The notes: generated from the sequence alone by a model not told the origin. 64,000 nt of DNA from Candidatus Micrarchaeota archaeon (GCA_028866835.1 JAGWHJ010000001.1:4636-68635), one strand, 5' to 3'. Positions 45,306-53,809 are shown, numbered from the stretch's first letter. Numbers and translations: made by a program.

Positions 45306-45791
45306 ATGGATATTATGCATGTTTCGAAGAGGACCATGGTACTGTTCTTGGTAACAGGCACTACGATAGTATTATCGATGCTACTTACGCTGATCGTAGT
45401 CTATACTGGTGCTTATGCGATATCAGAGATGATATTTGCAGTTTCTGGACTTCTTGTGAGCATTTATCTTGTGCTGTACCAGTATCTCAGGGTGCCTCTT
45501 GCATGCCCGAGGTCAGGACTTGTGGACTGCAGGAAGGTGCTGGACAGCAAATACTCCTTCCTTGCCAGGAACATAAGGACGTCGGTGCTCGGCCTGCTCT
45601 TCTTCCCTCTCATGATCGCAGCGGTGCTCATCGGCAACCATCCTTTGGTGGTACTTTTCAGCTTTGCTGGCCTGATCTACACTTTCGAAAGGATCTACAC
45701 ACAGTACAGGATAGGGAGCATCTGCCTGTACTGCACATTTACATACATAATGGTGGTATCAATGCTGATGACCGCACTGATATCGGCATAG
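45306..45791 (+). CDS. vitamin K epoxide reductase (VKOR) family membrane protein
   Basis: Loop cysteines CPRSGLVDC followed by KVLDSKYS, and the active-site CLYC in the last TM helix. The start is taken at the ATG at 45306; the track ORF starts at 45108, inside the opposite-strand gene. Confidence 0.65.
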   Translation: MDIMHVSKRTMVLFLVTGTTIVLSMLLTLIVVYTGAYAISEMIFAVSGLLVSIYLVLYQYLRVPLACPRSGLVDCRKVLDSKYSFLARNIRTSVLGLLFFPLMIAAVLIGNHPLVVLFSFAGLIYTFERIYTQYRIGSICLYCTFTYIMVVSMLMTALISA

Positions 45792-45794
45792 CGC

Positions 45795-46220
45795 CTACAG
45801 CCTGAAGTGCTTCCTGAGAGGCAGCAGCTTGGTTACGGGCATCTCCTCGTAGTCCTCGTAGCCATCGACATAGATGAGGCATATGTCATCGTTCGGTATA
45901 GTGGTCTGCTTTAGCGCGTCCTTCGCAAAGGCCCTCGCCTTCGCGTCGAATATGTCCAGGAGCGTCTCCTCCTGCTTCACCGTGTCGTCGTCAGTGTCGC
46001 GCACGTAGACCAGCTGTATGTCCGTTGAGTTCTCGTTTATGTTGGAGAGCGCGAATCCCTTGAAAAGCTCCTTGTCGTAGAGGGCTATGTAATCTAGGCT
46101 GTCGCCCACGTACTCGAACATCGCGGTCATGCCGCTGAATTCGCCGGTTTTCTCGAACCTCGAGCTCCACGGATACAGATCGAATATCGTGACCTTTACG
46201 GGCAGGTTCTTGTTTGGCAA
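45795..46220 (-). CDS. hypothetical acidic protein (141 aa)
   Basis: ORF only, 20 nt downstream of the ferredoxin ORF on the same strand. Confidence 0.45.
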   Translation of the reverse strand: MPNKNLPVKVTIFDLYPWSSRFEKTGEFSGMTAMFEYVGDSLDYIALYDKELFKGFALSNINENSTDIQLVYVRDTDDDTVKQEETLLDIFDAKARAFAKDALKQTTIPNDDICLIYVDGYEDYEEMPVTKLLPLRKHFRL

Positions 46221-46240
46221 TTTACCACATCTGCTTTTGG

Positions 46241-46690
46241 CTATCTCATGTCAGGCTCGTCCATCGTCTGCGTCATCGACTTCCTGCGGTGCGGCCTGTA
46301 CACGTATTCGTTGCCCCACGGGTCCCTGACCTTCACGCGAGTGGGCCTTACCTTCGTGAACTTGGACAGCGCGAACTCGTCCTTTACCGGCTCCTCTGTC
46401 AGCATGGGTCCCTGCTTTACGGCGTATCTTGGCTCCTTGTCTGCCTGCAGTATCGTTATGCACGAGACAGGGCATTCCTCTGGGCAGATCATGCACCCTA
46501 TGCACTTGTTCACCTGTATCGGGTATTCGGTCATGTCGAGCGTGACCGTAGCCGTTTTTGTGGAGGATTCAACGTTCTTGTGCCTCGGCCTTGTGAAATC
46601 AAGCGCATTCACGGGGCAGGTGTCGCCGCATATGCCGCACTGTATGCATATGTCCTTGTCGAAGGTGAATTTGTACGGCGTTGTGCCACC
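46241..46690 (-). CDS. 2x[4Fe-4S] ferredoxin domain protein lacking a canonical start codon (see finding)
   Basis: CIQCGICGDTCP (hand-translated, 46613..46690) and CIGCMICPEECP (in track ORF 46241..46612). No ATG, GTG or TTG lies between the in-frame TAG at 46691-46693 and the GTG at 46612. Confidence 0.6.
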   Translation of the reverse strand, partial: GGTTPYKFTFDKDICIQCGICGDTCPVNALDFTRPRHKNVESSTKTATVTLDMTEYPIQVNKCIGCMICPEECPVSCITILQADKEPRYAVKQGPMLTEEPVKDEFALSKFTKVRPTRVKVRDPWGNEYVYRPHRRKSMTQTMDEPDMR

Positions 46691-47443
46691 CTACAGCTTG
46701 TCCTGCTGGGAAGGAGGCGGGCCCGGTGCCATGGGCTGCTTCACTATCGGCTTCGCGATCTTAGGTATCATGCCTCTCGGCATGTTCCCTCCGGTAAGCC
46801 CGTAGAGTATCGCTATGCCCCCTTCTATCAGGAGTATCGTGAAGCATATGTAGAATGAATACATTGCAAGTGTCGGATTGTTCTGGGAATCGAAGTTCTG
46901 GTTGAAGTAGCCCCATATGTTTGAGGTCGAGGTCGACACCGTCGCAGGGACTGGGTTGGTAAGGACCACGGCGCTCTCTGTGACGAAGACCGTGCCCATG
47001 ATGTAGAGGCCAGCCCCTATGACTACAAGCACTGTTATTATCGTATTGTATATTGGCTCCTCATCTGTGTCCTTCAGCAAGAGCAATACCAGTGCCGCGG
47101 CAAAGACATTCACTGCCAGCAGCTCGAACGGCACCGCTATGGGGAAATCCTCGTATATTCCTGGGTAGAAGAGCTCGAACCCGAGGAACACTATCAGGAA
47201 GATGCTGGCATCCCTGAGTATCACGAAGAGCAGCCACCAGATGTCTGCTGCAAGCCTAAGTGTGAATTTCCTCAGTATCCTGAGGAAGTAGCCCCGTGCT
47301 ATCTGTATGGAAACGGCAAGTATCGTAAGAAGCGTCAGCAGTACCGCTATAGTATTCTCCGTGTATGTTGCGCCTATCGCGACATAGGCAGTCTGGTTCA
47401 CGGGCCCCGCCTGCAGCAGAACCGGTACTAATGACAGATCCAC
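46691..47443 (-). CDS. polytopic membrane protein with Pro-rich C-terminal tail, hypothetical
   Basis: About 6 hydrophobic helices. It ends in KQPMAPGPPPSQQDKL followed by TAG, in frame with the ferredoxin domain. Confidence 0.6.
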   Translation of the reverse strand: MDLSLVPVLLQAGPVNQTAYVAIGATYTENTIAVLLTLLTILAVSIQIARGYFLRILRKFTLRLAADIWWLLFVILRDASIFLIVFLGFELFYPGIYEDFPIAVPFELLAVNVFAAALVLLLLKDTDEEPIYNTIITVLVVIGAGLYIMGTVFVTESAVVLTNPVPATVSTSTSNIWGYFNQNFDSQNNPTLAMYSFYICFTILLIEGGIAILYGLTGGNMPRGMIPKIAKPIVKQPMAPGPPPSQQDKL

Positions 47444-47475
47444 TCAATCCCTATCCAATATTCTATCAGGTATCT

Positions 47476-48153
47476 TTATTTACTTTTGGATGAGCCGCTT
47501 TTAGCGAGCTTATCCATATTCCTTGCCATCCTGATCTGCTCGGCTATGTACATCCTTTCGGACATCTTCTCCAGCGATTCTGCGCGGCCGAGGGCCTCAG
47601 CTATGCTCTTCCCTACAGCCACGGTGCCATGGTCAGCAAGCATCACTACTGTTGCGCCTTTCTGTACGGCGCTTGCAGCCGCACGCGCAATCTCCGGCGT
47701 TCCCGCCTTTATCCATCTCTGCCACGCAAACCTTCCGATGTAATATACATACTCTTCATGCTTGCTCTTGAGCGCTTTCTCGAAGAGGCTGCTGCCCAAT
47801 GCGTCTGCCAGGGCGAGCGAGAACGTGCCGTGTGGATGGACTATCGCACGCACTTCGGGCATCCTGAGGTAGATCTCGGAATGCAAACGGAATTCCGATG
47901 ATGGCTTAGGCCCATCGATCGATTCCTGCTCCTTAGAATGAATATCTACCAATGAGAGATGCTTTGCTGTTATCCGGTTCTTGTCCAGTGATGCAGGAGT
48001 TATCAGCATTGTGTTGCTGCTTAGACGCACGCTTATGTTTCCAGAAAGAGTGGTGTTGTGCCTCAGGAGATATAGCCTTCTGCTTGTATCGAGTATCGCG
48101 TCGGCCGCAGATTCCCTGTCCAGAGCCTCCGCCTTTATGCTGCCCGCTTTCAT
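47476..48153 (-). CDS. class II aldolase/adducin family protein (MtnB/Ald2/fuculose-1-P aldolase-like)
   Basis: SGNISVRL, PSSEFRLHSEIY, IVHPHG and ADHGTVAVG motifs. Confidence 0.8.
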   Translation of the reverse strand: MKAGSIKAEALDRESAADAILDTSRRLYLLRHNTTLSGNISVRLSSNTMLITPASLDKNRITAKHLSLVDIHSKEQESIDGPKPSSEFRLHSEIYLRMPEVRAIVHPHGTFSLALADALGSSLFEKALKSKHEEYVYYIGRFAWQRWIKAGTPEIARAAASAVQKGATVVMLADHGTVAVGKSIAEALGRAESLEKMSERMYIAEQIRMARNMDKLAKSGSSKSK

Positions 48154-48225
48154 AAAGCACGACCATTTGCATATCTTTTTGTGAATATATATTTGTATGC
48201 CTGCAATAGATTGGTGTCTGATTAA

Positions 48226-49272
48226 ATGGAGATTCCAAGGCCCGTAGAGTGGCAGCCTGACAGGAAAGATATTAGATGGCTCCTCCAGACAAAGCTTCCC
48301 GGGGAGATGGAGTACAAGACTTCACATGATATCGAGGAGATTTACCATGCAATCCGCGTGCTTGACATACGCGGTGCGCCGCTCATAGGGATAGGGGCAG
48401 CGTATGGCATAGCCGCGCACGTCTCCCATGTTAACGGGGGGACAGCAGATTTGTATTCTGAGGCAAAAAAGGCCGGAGAGCGTCTGGCAACAGCCAGACC
48501 TACTGCCGTAAACCTCAGATGGGCGGTTACGCGCATGCTTTCTGCAGCGAAGGCGCTGGCGGACCGGAATTTGAGCGCCGAGGAATTCAGGGAAGGGATC
48601 ATTGCAGAAGCCATCAAGATAGACAATGAAAATGCCGCAATGACGGACATGATAGCGAACTACGGCAAGGAGCTACTGAAGGACGGCGACGTTGTAATGA
48701 CGCACTGCAACGCAGGAACACTTGCCTGCGGAGGTCTTGGGACAAATCTTGCGCCGATAAGGGCTGCGCTCAAGGAGGGGAAGCGCATCAGTGTCATCCA
48801 GACGTGGACTGCGCCGCTTCTGCAGGGTGCGAGGCTTACGGCGCTAGAGCTGGCGATGGGGGGCATAGATGGCACGCTCATAGCCGATACGGCCGTTTCC
48901 TATGCAATGGAGCACATGGGCGTTACAAAGGTAATAGTAGGCGCAGACAGGATACTTGCCGATGGCAGAACCGCTAACAAGATAGGGACGTGCGGCATTG
49001 CGCTGCTTGCAAGGCATTACAAGATACCTTTCTACGTCGCGGCACCAACCTCGACTGTTGACATGAAATCCAGGGACATACCCATAGAGCAGCGCGATCC
49101 TAATGAAATCAAGAACATACTGGGCAAGCTGAAGATAGCCCCGGATGAGATAAAGGCGGCAAATCCTGCATTCGACATAACGCCCCCGAAGTATATAGCG
49201 GCCATAATAACGGAGAAGGGGATTGTGACCGCACCTTATAGGAAAAATTTCAAGGCTATTTTTGTAAGATAA
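48226..49272 (+). CDS. mtnA: methylthioribose-1-phosphate (5-deoxyribose-1-P) isomerase, eIF-2B alpha/beta/delta family
   Basis: IRGAPLIGIGAAYGIA, THCNAG and VIVGADRILADGRTANKIGT motifs. Confidence 0.85.
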   Translation: MEIPRPVEWQPDRKDIRWLLQTKLPGEMEYKTSHDIEEIYHAIRVLDIRGAPLIGIGAAYGIAAHVSHVNGGTADLYSEAKKAGERLATARPTAVNLRWAVTRMLSAAKALADRNLSAEEFREGIIAEAIKIDNENAAMTDMIANYGKELLKDGDVVMTHCNAGTLACGGLGTNLAPIRAALKEGKRISVIQTWTAPLLQGARLTALELAMGGIDGTLIADTAVSYAMEHMGVTKVIVGADRILADGRTANKIGTCGIALLARHYKIPFYVAAPTSTVDMKSRDIPIEQRDPNEIKNILGKLKIAPDEIKAANPAFDITPPKYIAAIITEKGIVTAPYRKNFKAIFVR

Positions 49273-49351
49273 GATTGAGCAGATTAACAGGAACGTGTTA
49301 TGATTCTGCTCAAAAAGATATATTTAAGAAGGAGAAATACCATAATTTAAT

Positions 49352-50134
49352 TTGACCAAAATGAGATTGCTTAGGGTACGTGATGCCGCGAAAACGCAGC
49401 CGACAATGCAAAGCATTCTAGACGAAAAGGATATCTTAAGACAAGGGGAGTTGATATCCCAAGTGAGAGACCCGAAATTGCAACTTAGGCTTGCACAGTC
49501 AGAAGATTGGGATATCAGAAATGAATTGGCTCGTAATAGGAACTTGGCTAATAATGTACAGCATGTACTTGCTTCAGATAGCCACCCGTATGTTAGGAGC
49601 AACCTTGCAAAACATACCAGAATACCTAAGATACAACTTGTACTTGCAACTGACCGTTCATCACGCATAAGACAAAGTCTTGCAGGAAATGAGAATATTA
49701 CTAAAGAGGTTCAGCTGATCCTGGCTGTGGATCCATCGGTGCACGTGAGATCCGTTCTCGCTTTGCAAGGAAACAAACTGGACCCCGAGGTCATCGAAAT
49801 ACTTCTGCAAGATAAAAAGTCTGAAGTACGGCACTCTCTTGCACTTACAAAGAATACAACAGACATAGAACTATTAAAGAGGCTGGCAGTCGACAGAAGC
49901 AGAAAGGTAAAGATAGAAGTTGTGGAACGTTTGTTTTACGGTCGCCCTGATAAGAGCTTGGTTGAAGAACTGCATCCAATACTAGAAATGGATCGAGATC
50001 CAGAAGTAATAAGGGCATTGGAGCGCATGGACTTTGAGAGACAATTGATGGCAGATACACCTAAGATGATGGATCTGATTAGACGGGGCGCAACAGGAAA
50101 GGAAGTAGTAAGAGCACTTAGACGCAAGGAGTAA
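49352..50134 (+). CDS. HEAT/LRV-type alpha-solenoid repeat protein, hypothetical
   Basis: About 8 degenerate units of about 24 aa with the pattern L(A/L).D.d..VR..LA.n.n...e....L, in AT-richer sequence. Confidence 0.55.
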   Translation: MTKMRLLRVRDAAKTQPTMQSILDEKDILRQGELISQVRDPKLQLRLAQSEDWDIRNELARNRNLANNVQHVLASDSHPYVRSNLAKHTRIPKIQLVLATDRSSRIRQSLAGNENITKEVQLILAVDPSVHVRSVLALQGNKLDPEVIEILLQDKKSEVRHSLALTKNTTDIELLKRLAVDRSRKVKIEVVERLFYGRPDKSLVEELHPILEMDRDPEVIRALERMDFERQLMADTPKMMDLIRRGATGKEVVRALRRKE

Positions 50135-50137
50135 AAG

Positions 50138-50950
50138 TCACTTATGGGTAATCACTGCGCCCTCCAAAGCCTTTGAGCATCCGCATGTTCGTTTCTCGGG
50201 TATCTGCGGTATTATGTCAAGTATGAGCCCTGTCGCCTTCTCGACGTTCTTGCCGAAGATCCTGATTACCTCGCTGGTCGAGACCGGCTTTATGTCGCTC
50301 CTGCCCTCGAGACCGGCATCATAATCAGTTATGAGGCCTATGCCGAGATAGCACATCTGCCTCTCCCTTGCCAAGGCGGCCTCTGGATACTGCGTCATGT
50401 TTATCATGTGCGATCCCTGCGAGCTGAATATACTCGATTCCGCTCTCGTTGAGAATCTTGGGCCGCTTATTACGGCAACTGTGCCGGAATCATGGAATGC
50501 AAGTTTCTCATTCTTGGCGGCTTTTGATGCGATCTTCCTAAGCTCGCCGCAGTATGGCTCGGCGGTGCTTACGTGCGCCACAACTTCATCGTCATAGAAG
50601 GTATCTGCCCTGCCGTGGGTGTAGTTCACGAACTGGTCGAATATCGCCAGCTGGCCGGGCTTGTAGTCGGGCCTCAGTGAGCCCACCGCACCAGTCGATA
50701 TTATCCTTTTGACCCCGAACTGGTAGAGCGCCTCTATGTTTGCGCGATAAGGCACCCTCTGCGGCGGTATTGTGTGCTTCCTTCCGTGCCTGGCTATGAA
50801 CGCAACCTCCCTCTTTCCCAGCTTTCCGATCATCACCGCGTCGCTGGGCCGCCCGTATCTCGTGGAAACGCGGTGCTCCTCGACATTCTTCAGGAGCGAA
50901 TAGAAGCCGGACCCGCCTATCACTGCGATATCTATTGCCATGTCAATCAT
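50138..50950 (-). CDS. mtnP: S-methyl-5'-thioadenosine phosphorylase (PNP family), paralog 2
   Basis: IAVIGGSGFY, FIARHG and YTHGRADTFYD motifs, with the C-terminal CGCSKALEG CXC motif. Confidence 0.85.
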   Translation of the reverse strand: MIDMAIDIAVIGGSGFYSLLKNVEEHRVSTRYGRPSDAVMIGKLGKREVAFIARHGRKHTIPPQRVPYRANIEALYQFGVKRIISTGAVGSLRPDYKPGQLAIFDQFVNYTHGRADTFYDDEVVAHVSTAEPYCGELRKIASKAAKNEKLAFHDSGTVAVISGPRFSTRAESSIFSSQGSHMINMTQYPEAALARERQMCYLGIGLITDYDAGLEGRSDIKPVSTSEVIRIFGKNVEKATGLILDIIPQIPEKRTCGCSKALEGAVITHK

Positions 50951-50974
50951 TGCTTAGCATTTTTCATCGCTAAA

Positions 50975-51943
50975 TTAAATATATTGCTCCTTCATGAGCG
51001 CGTCAACCTCGTTCCTGTCCGGATAGGACACTGAAGCGCCAACCTTCTGGACGCTTATGGCAGCCGCGCAATTGGCAAATTCGAGGGATTCCTTGAAGCT
51101 GCGCTTTTCCGCGAGGCCCGCTGCAAACGCGCCTATGAAGCAGTCGCCTGCGCCTGTGGCATCGACAAGGTCGACCTTTATGCCATTGACGCTTGTCATC
51201 TCGTTGTCGCGTATGCCTATCACGCCGCGGTCGGCCAGCGTCGTTATCACGGTCTGGCTGCCGCTCGTGCGCATCTCCTTCACATGCCTCATTACAGTAG
51301 AGGGATCCATCCGCAGGTCCTTGTGCTGCATGCTTACGTATTCCTTGTGGCCGGACCTGAAGGCGAGTTCCACTTCGTTGAGCACCAGGTAGTCGCACAT
51401 GCCAAGCAGCTCCTTTGATACCTCATAATTCGGAAAAAGGTTTAGTAGCGTCTTCGCTCCTGCTGCCTTTGCCTTCTCGAAAGCGTGATAGATGACATCC
51501 TGCGGTATGGCGAGCTGCGATATCACTATGTCGGATGATGAGAACTGAAGGTCCGGGAGATCCTTGATCGATGCCTTCATGCTGCTTCCTGTAAACACGA
51601 TGTGGCGTTCTGCAGTCCCGGTAAGGAGGTAAATCACCGTAGAGCTGTGGGTGTTTTCTATTATGCGGACATCCTTTGTCTCTACATCCTCGCTTTTGGC
51701 GAAATTAGTGAGAACCCTGCCGAAAGCGTCCTGGCCAACGAACCCCGTCAGGCTGACTTTGCCGCCGAGCCTTGCTGCTGCAACAGCCTGGTTAAGCCCG
51801 TTGCCCCCTGGTACGAAATGCAGCTGGCTTCCGTACAGGTATTCGCCAAGGTCAGGCAGCCTGTCGGCGACTATGACTATGTCCATGTTCATGTTCCCGA
51901 TGACAACTATCCTGCTTGATGCACTGCCTGCGCCTTTCTTTAT
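50975..51943 (-). CDS. rbsK: ribokinase (PfkB family); 5' end extended beyond the first ATG (see finding)
   Basis: GGNGLNQAVAAARLG and DATGAGDCFIGAF motifs. The conserved RIVVIGNMNMD strand lies partly upstream of the first ATG (51892). The candidate ATA start at 51943 is preceded by GGTGA. Confidence 0.7.
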   Translation of the reverse strand: MKKGAGSASSRIVVIGNMNMDIVIVADRLPDLGEYLYGSQLHFVPGGNGLNQAVAAARLGGKVSLTGFVGQDAFGRVLTNFAKSEDVETKDVRIIENTHSSTVIYLLTGTAERHIVFTGSSMKASIKDLPDLQFSSSDIVISQLAIPQDVIYHAFEKAKAAGAKTLLNLFPNYEVSKELLGMCDYLVLNEVELAFRSGHKEYVSMQHKDLRMDPSTVMRHVKEMRTSGSQTVITTLADRGVIGIRDNEMTSVNGIKVDLVDATGAGDCFIGAFAAGLAEKRSFKESLEFANCAAAISVQKVGASVSYPDRNEVDALMKEQYI

Positions 51944-52072
51944 GCAATCACCAGAACATTAATTGCCGCAAAGTAATAAAAGCAGGTAGCAATTGTCCTC
52001 TGCAAACCTTCACTTCCGCAAAACAGAAAAATAGTGGCAGTTTAACCTCAGAAGAGACTTCCGTTAATAAGG

Positions 52073-52441
52073 ATGCAAACAGATAGCTTTTTAAACCCAA
52101 AAATTATTTTTATCATTGCGACCGGTGAAAAAGTGTATTACAGCGAACATGAAAGACTTGAACAAATGGAGGGCCTCCTCGAGAGGTTTGCATACATCTC
52201 CATAGTATCTGACTTCCTTATCGCAATCTCAACATACTTCGTCTTCCAGAACATATCGTTCTCGAAGAACTTCCTTCTGCTCAGTGACTATCTCGACCTC
52301 ATAGAGGTGGTGATCGCTTCAGTAATACTAGTGCTAATCGTCACGCTCAGGTATTATAAACGAACGATCTCACGACTCCACCTCTTTATAATTAGAAGCA
52401 GGTACAGGGGCGACACCTGGATATTCGGTGCGCCAGCATAA
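52073..52441 (+). CDS. hypothetical membrane protein (122 aa)
   Basis: ORF with two hydrophobic segments in an AT-richer region. Confidence 0.35.
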   Translation: MQTDSFLNPKIIFIIATGEKVYYSEHERLEQMEGLLERFAYISIVSDFLIAISTYFVFQNISFSKNFLLLSDYLDLIEVVIASVILVLIVTLRYYKRTISRLHLFIIRSRYRGDTWIFGAPA

Positions 52442-52490
52442 TCGTTTTTGTGGTGCGCCCGCCTGCCCTAATCCTCCGATGGCAAGGCCA

Positions 52491-52910
52491 TCACTTCCTG
52501 TGTTCGGGACTCCCCGGCGGCTCCTTCTCCGTACGGTAGCAGATGGCAACCCCTATCATGAGCAGTGCGATGCCTATGACACTGAGGACGCTTATGAGAG
52601 CTATTGCGACGACAAGACCGCCAAAGAAACCGAACGCAAAGACATAGAGGCCGTACTCGCTTGAATCGAAAAGATCCCTGTATACGTGGTGAAGGATTAT
52701 GAAAAACACGCCGATGAACGACAGGATGGCGATTATGGTGAAGTAGAATGCATCTGCGCCGGCGAGATGCAGCACAGCTATCGTATGGTTTATGGCATTA
52801 GGTATCATTGATAGGTTGACGGGCAGGGTTCCTGCATGAATAAGTATGCCCATCAGTATACCGATGCCCGCGCCGAAGTAAAGCTTGTACCATAGCGGTT
52901 TTGATGCCAT
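52491..52910 (-). CDS. hypothetical membrane protein (139 aa, 4 TM)
   Basis: Strongly hydrophobic ORF. Confidence 0.5.
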   Translation of the reverse strand: MASKPLWYKLYFGAGIGILMGILIHAGTLPVNLSMIPNAINHTIAVLHLAGADAFYFTIIAILSFIGVFFIILHHVYRDLFDSSEYGLYVFAFGFFGGLVVAIALISVLSVIGIALLMIGVAICYRTEKEPPGSPEHRK

Positions 52911-53031
52911 CCAGACCAGTCACATTAGCATCAGATTGAGGCCGATTCTCCTATAAAAACCTAATACTTACCGAAATCAGTACAATCCTTTAAAAGAATT
53001 AAATTCGCTATAGTCTGGAGGGTGGGAGGAT

Positions 53032-53373
53032 ATGCAAAGCGCTTTGGAGCAGAACAGGATATTGCTAGGCATTGCGATATCGCAATGGTGGGCGTCGGTT
53101 GGTGCGGCAATGTTCACCATAGGCGTCATACTTATCGCACTGGCGTATGCCACAATAAGGATCATACCGAGCTTGCAGTCGTACTACACGGGCATCTTTC
53201 CTACAGTGAGCTTTGAGGCCTATACGATAGGCATAATCATTGTAACCATAGGCCTTGTGCTGATGCTCTACTCCAGATATAGTCTCGCAAGGCTGAACCT
53301 TGCAAACAGCAGGGCTTTCCGCTCCGCGTACAGGCAAACCGGGCCATTGAACTTGGAGAGCGAGAGGTCCTAG
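53032..53373 (+). CDS. hypothetical membrane protein (113 aa, 3 TM)
   Basis: Strongly hydrophobic ORF. Confidence 0.5.
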   Translation: MQSALEQNRILLGIAISQWWASVGAAMFTIGVILIALAYATIRIIPSLQSYYTGIFPTVSFEAYTIGIIIVTIGLVLMLYSRYSLARLNLANSRAFRSAYRQTGPLNLESERS

Positions 53374-53421
53374 GAACGACGCTATTTAAATATCAGAATC
53401 TTTGAGAGTACTTACGATACT

Positions 53422-53691
53422 ATGGGGCCTAGACTAATCAGGGTGCATGAGCATCCTGGCACATCAGGCCAACCCCTTAGGGAGATACCAGTGGAGCCCG
53501 GCTGGGGCGCGTACAGGGATATTACGGAGCTTGGTTCTGCGCTTGCGTTAAGTTCGGGCAAGGTGGTTTTGATATCGGACCTCGGGAACAGGGAGCAATC
53601 TATCAAGCAGATACGGGAGGCAACGGAAGGGCTGGACCCCGAAACAGCGCAGCGGTTTATAAACGAGGCCGAAAGGCTTCTAAGGGACTGA
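53422..53691 (+). CDS. hypothetical small protein (89 aa)
   Basis: ORF only. Confidence 0.3.
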   Translation: MGPRLIRVHEHPGTSGQPLREIPVEPGWGAYRDITELGSALALSSGKVVLISDLGNREQSIKQIREATEGLDPETAQRFINEAERLLRD

Positions 53692-53809
53692 ACCCGGCAC
53701 ACAAAAGGTTTAAATACGTTATTGGGGATACTATAAGCATTATCATCGTCATTAAGGCTCTCCAAAAGCCTATTTTTACGCTTAGATAATATATATTAGG
53801 TGAAAATGA

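Noticed and set aside
46691-46693. TAG as a pyrrolysine or globally reassigned codon
   Set aside because: TAG clearly terminates well-conserved genes in this window at their expected ends, for example sdhA at 777-779 and sdhB at 2218-2220. No pyl genes are present here. Any recoding would have to be local.
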